This document shows positions 28,500 through 37,413 of a DNA stretch of 64,000 bases, piece after piece. A model generated the notes under the pieces. It had not been told where the DNA came from. It searched no databases and was given only the letters and a program-made list of their open reading frames with translations. Source of the DNA: Spirochaetia bacterium (lineage in GTDB: Bacteria > Spirochaetota > Spirochaetia > DSM-2461). Numbering within the stretch: the first letter of the stretch is position 1; each line of letters opens with the position of its first letter. Location of the stretch: assembly GCA_963666985.2 (NCBI GenBank), contig CAXXIA010000002.1:2112001-2176000 (forward strand). Reading direction: 5' to 3'. The position numbers and the translations under genes are program-made.

Positions 28500-29342
28500 T
28501 TACAGCAATTGCTTCACGGTTATGCCCGAAGGAACATTACTATCGATTAAAACTTGGTAGTCCGCAAAGCTTCTTGCCGGATTCTCTTTATCGTTTTTGG
28601 TTACCGAGACAAGATCAAAAAGTTTGTGCGCCGGAGCGTTACCTAACTTGCTTTCATGTTCGAAAATGATTAGGGCTCTGGGGGCCATTTGTCCTCTTGC
28701 GGCGGATCGATCCAGTTCAAACATCTGAATGAGAGATGTCCAGAATAATTCCAGATCGTCTTCCGAAAAACCGGTTTTGTCCGCCAAGTAGGGATTCACG
28801 AAACCATGGCAGCGGTAGAGAGCATAGGGGACAGTGAATTTTCGTCCCATTGTTCGATTGTCACCTTTCTGTGCTTCAGCTTCTTTTTTTGTAGCGACAG
28901 CACATCGTGTAATGGCATGTTCGAGTGAAACTATGGGATCAACTGAACGGGCAAAGGCTATTTGAATAGGCCCCCGAACTTGTCCGCAATTAACTTTAAG
29001 CGCCATAACCGCACCAAAAGTCCGGACATCATAAAAGTTATGGCACATCCATTGGGTTGCCTCCTGGTCGGGAGAGTCTCCTGGTTTTTTATTCAGAGCT
29101 TTATAGGCTCTTTCATGCTGATCGTTTAAAACAGCTTTTTCTTTAACATAAATTTCGTAAGGAGGTTCTTCGTTTTTTATTGTACCGATATAGTTTCGAA
29201 CTTTTCTTTTAAGGCAGACATCGGTGACAAGGCCATGCCCTGTTTCCGGGTCGACTCGTGGAAGATTGCCTGCATCCGGATCGCCATTGGGATTGCCGTC
29301 GGCAACATCGAAAAGATAGACGAAGTCGTAACGATTATTCAT
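28500..29342 (-). CDS. cas7c: Type I-C Cas7 (Csd2)
   Basis: [36 protein letters not shown]. Confidence 0.97.
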   Translation of the reverse strand: MNNRYDFVYLFDVADGNPNGDPDAGNLPRVDPETGHGLVTDVCLKRKVRNYIGTIKNEEPPYEIYVKEKAVLNDQHERAYKALNKKPGDSPDQEATQWMCHNFYDVRTFGAVMALKVNCGQVRGPIQIAFARSVDPIVSLEHAITRCAVATKKEAEAQKGDNRTMGRKFTVPYALYRCHGFVNPYLADKTGFSEDDLELFWTSLIQMFELDRSAARGQMAPRALIIFEHESKLGNAPAHKLFDLVSVTKNDKENPARSFADYQVLIDSNVPSGITVKQLL

Positions 29343-29706
29343 TGTTTCCTTCCTTTTTTTCAGTTTTGGGGGTAAAGAAATCCTGTCTTTGGTGGTAATA
29401 GCCGAGAGAGAACAGCCCCTGATCGGCAAGGTTTAAATGCTTGGGAAAATTCTGGATGCGCCCACAAATCTCTTGAATGGTTTTTTCAGCAAACACCTTC
29501 TGTCCGCCTTCCAATTTTCCGATATGGTGTTGGCTCATCCGGATCAATCGGGGAAATACCGTCGCCGGTGTGGACGATGCGGCACCGTAATACCGATCTT
29601 TGATAGAAGCATTGATATTCCCCAATGCCTTCAATTGTGTTTTTTCCAATGAAGCGAACAGTCGGCCAAGCTGATAGGCGACTTCCGGACGATTTTCATC
29701 AAGCAT
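29335..29706 (-). CDS. cas11: Cas11c small subunit, internally translated in frame with cas8c (123 aa)
   Basis: AAGGAGG-aacttttc-ATG ([18 protein letters not shown]) inside cas8c. Confidence 0.8.
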   Translation of the reverse strand: MLDENRPEVAYQLGRLFASLEKTQLKALGNINASIKDRYYGAASSTPATVFPRLIRMSQHHIGKLEGGQKVFAEKTIQEICGRIQNFPKHLNLADQGLFSLGYYHQRQDFFTPKTEKKEGNNE

Positions 29707-31056
29707 GAAAAGTTCCTCCTTTTCATAATTTCTTTGTAAAAATGCTTTGATAATGGCGGCCCTGGGATAAGTAATCTCTTTATCCGCACGGATTCTTCTG
29801 AGGACCGCTGAGTAAAATGAATCAGGATATCGGGTTTCCCAAAGAATGGAACGCGTTAAGGCGCCGCCGAGCAGGGGAGGGATATCTTTAGATTCCCGGG
29901 CTGTTTGTGCCAGAAGTATCCAGATGGGTAAAATCTCCCGATCTCTTTCACCTTTAATTATTTCCAGTTCTTTCTGATGCCGAACCACCCGGCCGACCAT
30001 TTCTTCTACGGTTCCCCGATACCAGAACCGGACTGAAAGTCGGGCCGCATTGGGAGAGAGCCCCAGAACATAAAAACCTCCTTTTTCGATTGTAAGCGGG
30101 GCTGTGCCGGAAACAAGACTTTTAAGGGTTGAACGGACTTTGGCTGTTTTCTCTTCATCTTCCGCCGGGGTATAGGAAAAACTGAGCTTGAAAATGTCCT
30201 CGGAGATTCCGGGTTCATCGGCCCAGAACACACATGTGGCATCGCCAATTTTAATGCGCCGTTCGGATTCGGATTCCAAGAGTTTATTTAGGGCTGTAGA
30301 GAACTCGAATGAGGCGGTCTCGCCGATTGGAGCATTAAAACTTTGATCTTTACCATAACTGCAGAAAGCATCGGCATTGAAGGAAACAAGTGATGCGCCT
30401 GAGCTTTGAGCTCCATTAACACCTTTGGTTTTGATATCCTGGATTCGAGCAATTTCGGTAATATCGCCGGTAACAAGGCAGCGTGAGACCCAGGGTTCAT
30501 CAGTTTTTTGTTCTTCTCTGAGGGCCGTAATGTCATGAAGATAACGGGGCGGGCCGTCGCAAAAACGAACAACTCCGAACAGGCCGGAAATTTCGGCAAG
30601 GATCGGATAATTCTTGGCTTCTTGCGGATTCCATTTTTCCAGGAAATGGCAGAATGAAGAATAATCATCATTGTTTATATCTGGTTCCTTGCCTCGATAG
30701 AGTTCTTTGAAAGACTCATGGGCTTTTTCGCATCGCTGGAGAACCTTTTCCCGATCCCCCGGTTTTAAAGTTTCTGGATTTAAATATCCAAGCATGTAAT
30801 CAGTTCGATCCCATCCATAGGGTGTCGGATTCATTCCACTGCCTGAAGGTTTTGCTTTGCCAGGAAGTGTCATCATTTTATTTCTGGTTTTTGAGTCGTC
30901 GGTTATTCTGAGGTCATGGATTCCTTCCAAAGAACCGTCTGAATGGAGAACAATTTCAAAGGCCACACCCTGCTTGATGCATCCGAATTCGGGAATATCC
31001 TGCTCCGGATCATCGACTAAACGTTCATAGTAACGAACCAGTTCTTGAAGAATCAT
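29335..31056 (-). CDS. cas8c: Type I-C Cas8c (Csd1)
   Basis: [50 protein letters not shown]. Confidence 0.96.
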   Translation of the reverse strand: MILQELVRYYERLVDDPEQDIPEFGCIKQGVAFEIVLHSDGSLEGIHDLRITDDSKTRNKMMTLPGKAKPSGSGMNPTPYGWDRTDYMLGYLNPETLKPGDREKVLQRCEKAHESFKELYRGKEPDINNDDYSSFCHFLEKWNPQEAKNYPILAEISGLFGVVRFCDGPPRYLHDITALREEQKTDEPWVSRCLVTGDITEIARIQDIKTKGVNGAQSSGASLVSFNADAFCSYGKDQSFNAPIGETASFEFSTALNKLLESESERRIKIGDATCVFWADEPGISEDIFKLSFSYTPAEDEEKTAKVRSTLKSLVSGTAPLTIEKGGFYVLGLSPNAARLSVRFWYRGTVEEMVGRVVRHQKELEIIKGERDREILPIWILLAQTARESKDIPPLLGGALTRSILWETRYPDSFYSAVLRRIRADKEITYPRAAIIKAFLQRNYEKEELFMLDENRPEVAYQLGRLFASLEKTQLKALGNINASIKDRYYGAASSTPATVFPRLIRMSQHHIGKLEGGQKVFAEKTIQEICGRIQNFPKHLNLADQGLFSLGYYHQRQDFFTPKTEKKEGNNE

Positions 31057-31724
31057 GATGAGACTCCTTCTTCCTCCATGGCTGGAACATTCATTACGCC
31101 GTTAATGAGTTCCGCCCGGAAGAAACGCGGTGTCATGTTGTCTGTAAAATCGATATCCAGGAGCATCCAGCCGAGATTTTGGTTGATTCCCGTACCCTCA
31201 AGGTTTGCAATATCATCCGGCTCTATCCATTCGAACATGGCTTCAAATTCTCTGTTGCCCAGATAAGGGTGATGAAAGCACTGTCCTTTTTCCGCACGGC
31301 GTTTGAAGATTTCGTAATGTTTCTGAGGAGGTTCGGAGTTATCGAGAACGATGTAGTGGGCTTCAATAGCGTAGTCCACATTCCGAAGAATGGTTGCGGC
31401 TCTCTGCTGGCGCTGATCTTCCACATTCTGAGAAAGTACATCGCCTTTTGTTCCATCCAGAAAACCTTTAATCGTTCGGGCCGAAGGACCGATCCCGCTG
31501 ACTTCATTTCTCCGGATATTGGTAAATTGTATCGGGGAGAGAACATGGATTTTGTCTACTACCCAGTGGATGGCGGGTTTCCAGTAAATCGCTTCAAGGA
31601 TTCCTCGGGCCGCCGATGGAGTCATCACATCATAACTGACTCTTTCAACTTTCATTTCCGGGCGGGTAAAACACGCATAATCTCCACGAACTCTCAAGCC
31701 GATTCGGTTTTTTGACAGATCCAA
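31053..31724 (-). CDS. cas5c: Type I-C Cas5c
   Basis: ACFTRPEMKVERVSYDVMTPSAARGILEAIYWKP, PYLG.RE. Confidence 0.97.
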   Translation of the reverse strand: MDLSKNRIGLRVRGDYACFTRPEMKVERVSYDVMTPSAARGILEAIYWKPAIHWVVDKIHVLSPIQFTNIRRNEVSGIGPSARTIKGFLDGTKGDVLSQNVEDQRQQRAATILRNVDYAIEAHYIVLDNSEPPQKHYEIFKRRAEKGQCFHHPYLGNREFEAMFEWIEPDDIANLEGTGINQNLGWMLLDIDFTDNMTPRFFRAELINGVMNVPAMEEEGVSS

Positions 31725-31736
31725 TCTATTCCTCCT

Positions 31737-33950
31737 TTACAGAATGAAGTTTTCATAGGAACGGCTGCTTCGTTCAACAAGGCCAAGCTGTTCATCGTAT
31801 TTATCATCATCAATGAGCATCCAGATTCCGTGTTCGGAAAATTCAATGGCCCGTTCTTGTGCAAGTGCTTCCAGTTCATGTTTTCGAATTTGAATACAGT
31901 AGCGCTGTATACGCCGCCAGTCGTTACGGCTTGGTGGAACATATCCCCAGAGGAGTTCCCGAAATTTTTTTCCTTGTTCTTCCCATGGTACAAGAAGCGG
32001 AGAGCTTTCTTCTTTAATAAATTGATAACGCTTGGCCATCGTTGAAAATTGAAATTGCATGGTTGACGGATCGTTTGGCAATGTGGATTCGTGAATGATT
32101 TGATACTTGTCCCACAAATCCTGCTGCCGCCAGTAATGAAGAAAAAAATAGGCTTCAATGGCCTCACTCGCCATTGGATCAGCATATTGATGGATGATTT
32201 CTTCTCCGGCATCCGCTGTTTGTCGAAGCATACCGGGAGGCAGAAGTTCCGGAGTTTTGAAGAAAACCACATCTCCTAATTCCCTGCGTCCTTCCCGATT
32301 ACACCGGCCGGCGGCCTGGGTAAGCGAATCCAAACCGCACTGAGCCCGATAAACCGAGGGGAAATCAACATCAACGCCGGCTTCAATCAGCTGTGTGCTG
32401 ACAACACGGCAAATTTCATTGTTTTTCAATCGTTCTTTTATCGTTTTTAATTTTTCGAGCCGATGAACCGGACACATTCGAGTACTCAAATGAAAATGTC
32501 CGTCTTCTTTCCCCAGCTGATTGGCTAATATCGAGGCATGGCGGCGGGTGTTGACGATACACAAAACCTGTTTTTCTTTTATGAGTGAATCGGTGAGCGC
32601 TTCGTCTGTAAGTATCGGAATGATTTTTACAGAGGTTCTCTTCATGATTGATGTAAAGGATTCATCCGGTTCGACAATATGCCGGATGTTTTCGATGCCG
32701 ATAGAGAAGTCTTCCCCTTTTTCCAAAGCCGGTTTTGTTGCACTGCAAAGCACGACACTGCAGCCGTAATTGTTTACCAATTCATTTAGGGCCAGAAGTG
32801 TGGGTTTCAAGAGTTCCACAGGCAACGTTTGGGCTTCATCAAGAATAATAACGCTGTGGGCAATGCGATGGAGTTTGCGGCAGCGGCTGCTTCGATTGGC
32901 AAAAAGGGATTCAAAAAATTGAACGTTGGTCGTGACGATAAGCGGAGCATCCCAGTTTTCCGATTGAAGACGATTGGCCTGGTTTTCCTTCTCCGGCTCA
33001 ACATTGCTGTGATGTTCAAGAAGAACTGGATCTCCCAAGGCTTGAAAAACGGATCGATAAACCTCGGCGTTCTGTTCAATAATACTGGTAAACGGAATGG
33101 CCACAACGACTCTTTGAAGGTTGTATTTCAGGGCGTGATCCAGGGCAAATGTTAATGAAGCGAGTGTCTTTCCCCCGCCGGTGGGAACACAAAGATCGAA
33201 GAATCCTGGAGGCAGTTTTGCGTTTTTTCGGCATGAATCCAGAATCCGCCTCCGGACAACGTTTACGGGTGTGTTGTCCGATTTTGATTGCAGAAGGTTC
33301 ATGTACTCATCAAGAATGGGCTTCATTTGAGACAGGAAATTTATTCCTTGCAGGCGAGATGAGGCTTTTTCCGGATTCATATATTCTTCTGTTGCAAGGA
33401 AGTCGGCATCCACCAGACAGGAGTACAGCATGCGAATCCAGAAAGCGACAGTAAAGGAAGCCTGCCGTCTTTCCTTCGGGAACAGGAGAGAGGGAATGGA
33501 GGGAATCGTTTGCCTGATTATTGATTCGGGTACATTTTCTTGCCAGCTGGCAAGTTCTTTTGATAAACGATTCTCCAGGGAACTTCCGGTAACTTCTGAT
33601 GAGTAATCCAGTAGACCGGAATGGTGACCGGCAATAATGTGAGCCAAAATTTTCCCTGCCGATCCGAATTGGTTTACCGCCCATTGTGCTCCGGCCGATG
33701 AGTGATCGACTTTCCCGGAAGTTTCTGAAGTGTGAGAATCGGTGGATGTATTCTTTATTAAGTAATCCTGGAATTCGTTTGAGTATTTACCCAAGTCATG
33801 CCATAAACCAGCTATTTGACACCACTCGGATGAATTAAATGAATTCCCATATTCACCCGAAAGAGAACTGACTCTTTTTAAATGTGTTTCGAGGAGTTCC
33901 CAGGTTTCAATTTCAGATGTATGCGCATAAAAAGGTCTATTGATGTTCAC
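31737..33950 (-). CDS. cas3: Cas3 HD nuclease-helicase
   Basis: HDLGK, HH.GL, DADFL; PTGGGKT, DEAQ, SAT, QAAGRCNR. Confidence 0.97.
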   Translation of the reverse strand: MNINRPFYAHTSEIETWELLETHLKRVSSLSGEYGNSFNSSEWCQIAGLWHDLGKYSNEFQDYLIKNTSTDSHTSETSGKVDHSSAGAQWAVNQFGSAGKILAHIIAGHHSGLLDYSSEVTGSSLENRLSKELASWQENVPESIIRQTIPSIPSLLFPKERRQASFTVAFWIRMLYSCLVDADFLATEEYMNPEKASSRLQGINFLSQMKPILDEYMNLLQSKSDNTPVNVVRRRILDSCRKNAKLPPGFFDLCVPTGGGKTLASLTFALDHALKYNLQRVVVAIPFTSIIEQNAEVYRSVFQALGDPVLLEHHSNVEPEKENQANRLQSENWDAPLIVTTNVQFFESLFANRSSRCRKLHRIAHSVIILDEAQTLPVELLKPTLLALNELVNNYGCSVVLCSATKPALEKGEDFSIGIENIRHIVEPDESFTSIMKRTSVKIIPILTDEALTDSLIKEKQVLCIVNTRRHASILANQLGKEDGHFHLSTRMCPVHRLEKLKTIKERLKNNEICRVVSTQLIEAGVDVDFPSVYRAQCGLDSLTQAAGRCNREGRRELGDVVFFKTPELLPPGMLRQTADAGEEIIHQYADPMASEAIEAYFFLHYWRQQDLWDKYQIIHESTLPNDPSTMQFQFSTMAKRYQFIKEESSPLLVPWEEQGKKFRELLWGYVPPSRNDWRRIQRYCIQIRKHELEALAQERAIEFSEHGIWMLIDDDKYDEQLGLVERSSRSYENFIL

Positions 33951-34074
33951 TTAATGTATATTACATTGCCGAACAAAATTGAAAAAGATTTATTTGTTTA
34001 GGAAGACTTGCTTTCTATACCGGTAAATCTCTAGGACAAACTTAGAAATTTACCGGTAATAAGAGTTTCTCCGT

Positions 34075-34923
34075 CTAGAATTTCACTTCATCCGGATGCA
34101 GGCCCGAGCCGCCGAAATCATCGAGTGAATCAATCACGGACATATCGTGTTCAGAGATTTCGAAATCAAAGACTTGAAGGTTTTCTTGTATTCTCGATGG
34201 AGTTACGGATTTGGGCAGTGGAAGTGTGTTGTTCTGAAGGCACCAGCGAATGCAGAGCCGAGCGACTGATTTACCGTATCGTTCGGCAATTTCCGTCAGT
34301 TTAGGATGGGTAAGCATTCGGCCTGTTCCGAGCGGGCTCCAGGCTTCAATTAAGATGTTGTTTTCCCGGCAGAACCGGACGGTTTCTTCCTGCATGTGTC
34401 CCGGATGGAATTCGATTTGATTCACCATGGGTTTCACGTCCGTTTCCATGAGGGGCGCCAAATGGTGGGGCAAAAAGTTTGAGACGCCGATGGAGCGGAT
34501 GCGTTCCTGCCGGTAGAGTTCCGTTATGGCTCTCCATGTTTCTTTGTTGATGGTTTCCCAGTCGGGGAAGCGGGAGGAAGAGGCGGGCCAGTGGATAAGG
34601 TAAAGATCCAGATAGTCAGTTTGTATTCTCTTCAGAGTTTTCTCGAATGCTTTTAGCGTTCGTGTATATCCGCGATCGGCGTTCCAGACTTTGCTTGTTA
34701 TGAATAATTCTTCTCGCGCGATGCCGGATTCGCGGATTCCTTGTCCGACGCTCTTTTCGTTTCCGTAGACGGCCGCTGTGTCGATGTGACGATACCCCGA
34801 TTCAATGGCCGTTCGAACGGCAGAGGCCGTAATGTCTCCTTCCGGGGACTGCCATGTGCCGAATCCCAGGCAGGGAATGGGATAGCCGTTACTCAAAGCG
34901 ATGGTGTCGGTTGGATTGTTCAT
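34075..34923 (-). CDS. Aldo/keto reductase (2,5-DKG reductase-like)
   Basis: GYRHIDTAAVYGNE, DLYLIHWP, IGVSNF, PKS. Confidence 0.95.
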   Translation of the reverse strand: MNNPTDTIALSNGYPIPCLGFGTWQSPEGDITASAVRTAIESGYRHIDTAAVYGNEKSVGQGIRESGIAREELFITSKVWNADRGYTRTLKAFEKTLKRIQTDYLDLYLIHWPASSSRFPDWETINKETWRAITELYRQERIRSIGVSNFLPHHLAPLMETDVKPMVNQIEFHPGHMQEETVRFCRENNILIEAWSPLGTGRMLTHPKLTEIAERYGKSVARLCIRWCLQNNTLPLPKSVTPSRIQENLQVFDFEISEHDMSVIDSLDDFGGSGLHPDEVKF

Positions 34924-34994
34924 GGTGTCTCCTTTTGTCTTTGCTGAAAGTACAGGTAATTATGACGTATAAGACGTTAAAAATAGGGGTGATT

Positions 34995-35741
34995 TCAGAA
35001 GGGAAACGGACTTTTTATCTGAATAAGAACTCCCATATAGACATAGTAGAGAATCAGGATAACCACAAGGAAGGCCAGTTGAATTTTGAATCCGCGGGGC
35101 GTTCCTTTGGGGATTCCCGAGGCCATGCGGATAAGAACCAGGGTATCCGAGAGTGTTAGAAGGCAGGCGGCTATGCCGAGGGTTGTGATTCCCCTGCGAA
35201 GGTCGGCCAGGGCGCCGGCGAAAAGGACGGCCAGTCCGATAGCGTACAAAATTGTCTGCGTCCGGATGTCTTTCGGGGGAGAGAAGGTTTTTATCGTTCC
35301 GAAGACTATGAACGCGATGATGATTCCGCCGATAACGAGGCTTGTTATGATTATCATCGGCTGTGCTTTGTTCATCAATAAGACGGCGCCGATGAAGATG
35401 TTCACCAGCAGGAAAAGGACTCCCGAAAGGATGACGATGGGAGAGGTTCCCGTTTCGGAAGGTTTTTCCGCTTCATTCGCCTGAACGGCGCTCGATCCTT
35501 CTATCCCCAATTCTCCGATGCCCATGGCCAATAATATGACGCTTGGGATAAAGGGAAAGCCGCCGCTTTTGATGATAACAATCATCAAGGCGAAAAAGAG
35601 CAGCAGGGGTGTCGTGATTTTTTTGGCAATGAATAATCCTTGTTTTCTTTCATTATGGAAATAGGCCAGCTGGATGATGAAATTGAAGGCGGCCAGCAGT
35701 ATCCAGAAGAAGTGGGGAGAGATAAAGAAAGAAGATTTCAT
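34995..35741 (-). CDS. Multi-pass membrane protein (YhhN-like)
   Basis: About 8 hydrophobic helices; LSD and C-terminal YY resemble YhhN; weak family call. Confidence 0.55.
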   Translation of the reverse strand: MKSSFFISPHFFWILLAAFNFIIQLAYFHNERKQGLFIAKKITTPLLLFFALMIVIIKSGGFPFIPSVILLAMGIGELGIEGSSAVQANEAEKPSETGTSPIVILSGVLFLLVNIFIGAVLLMNKAQPMIIITSLVIGGIIIAFIVFGTIKTFSPPKDIRTQTILYAIGLAVLFAGALADLRRGITTLGIAACLLTLSDTLVLIRMASGIPKGTPRGFKIQLAFLVVILILYYVYMGVLIQIKSPFPF

Positions 35742-35857
35742 GGGAATCCTCGCTTGGTTAATGATGACTGTTTGCCGTTATTTTATCACAGGTGCCTGAG
35801 AGAAGAAGATATTACCGGCGGTTTGATTTCTTGTTACCGATGAGTTACATTTTGGGT

Positions 35858-36439
35858 GTGTACGATAGAAAGGCAACGGAAAATCAGATTATCAATGCGC
35901 TGGACTCGCTGATTCGCGAATCGGGAATAAAAAGCGTTGGAGTGAATTCGGTGGCTCGGAAAGCGAATGTTTCCAAGGTGCTGATTTATAGGTATTTCGG
36001 CGGTTTGGACGGACTCCTGGAAGAATGGGCGATACGGAAAAGTTACTGGATTGAGGTTCCCGATGAGATTACCCGGATCGACAGCATCGGGACCGGCATA
36101 GAGATAATGATTTCCGGCATGGCCGAAAGTCTTCTTGGCGATGCCTCGCGGAGAGCTGTTCTTCGCTGGCTTCTTGAAGAAGATTCGGAAGCGGGGAAAC
36201 GGGTGAGGGAACGTCTGGAAAAAAGGGGTGTGGAATTAACCCGCATGCTTATGGATCGGAACGCCGTTCCCGAGAGTTGGGATATGGAGGCTCTCGTAGC
36301 CGTTATTACGGCCGGAGTGAGTTATCTTGCGCTTATGAGCGATAGATCGGATGTTTATAATGGGATTTCGCTGAAGACTTCCGAAGGCTGGGAACGGCTT
36401 AGCCGGGGAATCGCGGAAGTCTTTTCCGAAATGGCGTAG
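35858..36439 (+). CDS. TetR family regulator
   Basis: GVNSVARKANVSKVLIYRYFGG HTH; start GTG 35858 or ATG 35840. Confidence 0.92.
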   Translation: MYDRKATENQIINALDSLIRESGIKSVGVNSVARKANVSKVLIYRYFGGLDGLLEEWAIRKSYWIEVPDEITRIDSIGTGIEIMISGMAESLLGDASRRAVLRWLLEEDSEAGKRVRERLEKRGVELTRMLMDRNAVPESWDMEALVAVITAGVSYLALMSDRSDVYNGISLKTSEGWERLSRGIAEVFSEMA

Positions 36440-36445
36440 AATTTT

Positions 36446-36470
36446 AAAAGGCCGGATAAGCCTTTTTTTT
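36446..36470 (+). terminator. Intrinsic terminator after tetR
   Basis: AAAAGGC-loop-GCC followed by T8. Confidence 0.6.
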
Positions 36471-36477
36471 AAATCTT

Positions 36478-36499
36478 AATGTTACTGAACAGTAACATT
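36478..36499 (+). promoter_or_regulatory. Probable TetR operator
   Basis: Inverted repeat AATGTTACTG-AA-CAGTAACATT; related site at 35832-35849. Confidence 0.65.
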
Positions 36500-36520
36500 A
36501 AAGGCATAAGGGAGATAAGG

Positions 36521-37246
36521 ATGAAGATTAGTACGGGTGGATGGAAAATGGTCGGTTTTCTCATACTGTTCGGCGCGGTTGTGTGCGTCGGCTGTATGTC
36601 ATCGGGCGGATCGGAGGAGGACGCGGATTATGTTCTTTGCATTGAGCCGGGAGAGGAATGGATACACCGGTTTTCCGCTCTGATAAAGAATCCGCCTCAA
36701 ATCGCGGCATGGATTGAGGATGAAGAGGGAAACTACCTGGAGTCGATTTATGTTACCAAGAAAGCGGCAAAGGAAGGGTGGCTTGCCAATAAGGGGAATC
36801 GCCGGGTTGAGGCCCTTCCCCGATGGGCGCATCAGCGCAACATCACCGATTCGGCGGGGATTCTGATGCCGTCGAAAAAACAGCCGTTGGCCGACGGGGT
36901 GTCCGGGGCGACTCCGAAGAATGTCGTGGAAATCCCCTTTGAGGCGCCAAGCGGAACGGAGCGGTTCCGTCTGGTTTTGGAAATCAATCATTCCACGGAT
37001 TTCAATGCGGCTTGGCCCGAAGATGCCCGAAAAGGAGATGCGAATTGGTCGGGAGGTTCGGAAGGCAGCGGTCAGCCGTCGTTGGTGTATTCGGCTCTCA
37101 TCGGCGGCGGAAAATCCGGTCCTTGGGAATTGTCTTTGGACGGTCATGGAAGTCCCGACGGTTCCGACGGCGGAATTGATCCGGATGTTTCTTCATTCAC
37201 TTCCGCGGTGAAGATCTTGAAGCGGGCCGAAGTTGCGGCGCCGTAA
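36521..37246 (+). CDS. DUF2271-like lipoprotein
   Basis: Lipobox-like VCVGC; PQIAAWIED, DGVSGATP, SGQPSLVY. Confidence 0.75.
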   Translation: MKISTGGWKMVGFLILFGAVVCVGCMSSGGSEEDADYVLCIEPGEEWIHRFSALIKNPPQIAAWIEDEEGNYLESIYVTKKAAKEGWLANKGNRRVEALPRWAHQRNITDSAGILMPSKKQPLADGVSGATPKNVVEIPFEAPSGTERFRLVLEINHSTDFNAAWPEDARKGDANWSGGSEGSGQPSLVYSALIGGGKSGPWELSLDGHGSPDGSDGGIDPDVSSFTSAVKILKRAEVAAP

Positions 37247-37356
37247 CGGCCGGAGGCGATGGGCGGTGTGCCCGGGAATTGAAATCTGAAGTCGAGAAGG
37301 TCGGCCTTTGCCGGTGCGCGGGGGGGAGCGGCCGAACGGCTTCGGGGGTCGTCCCC

Positions 37357-37389
37357 AAAAAAAGGCCGTTCCAAATTCATGGAACGGCC
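37357..37389 (-). terminator. Intrinsic terminator of the xylosidase operon
   Basis: GGCCGTTCC/GGAACGGCC stem followed by T7 on the minus strand. Confidence 0.8.
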
Positions 37390-37413
37390 CGATGAGCGGA
37401 TATTCTGAGTGAA

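Noticed and set aside
26516..33950. Absence of cas6 as a defect or novel subtype
   Set aside because: Normal for type I-C, where Cas5c processes crRNA.
18397..33950. CRISPR-associated transposon (IS21 near cas genes)
   Set aside because: The IS is self-contained with its own target duplication, no tniQ/tnsD is present and cas3 is intact.
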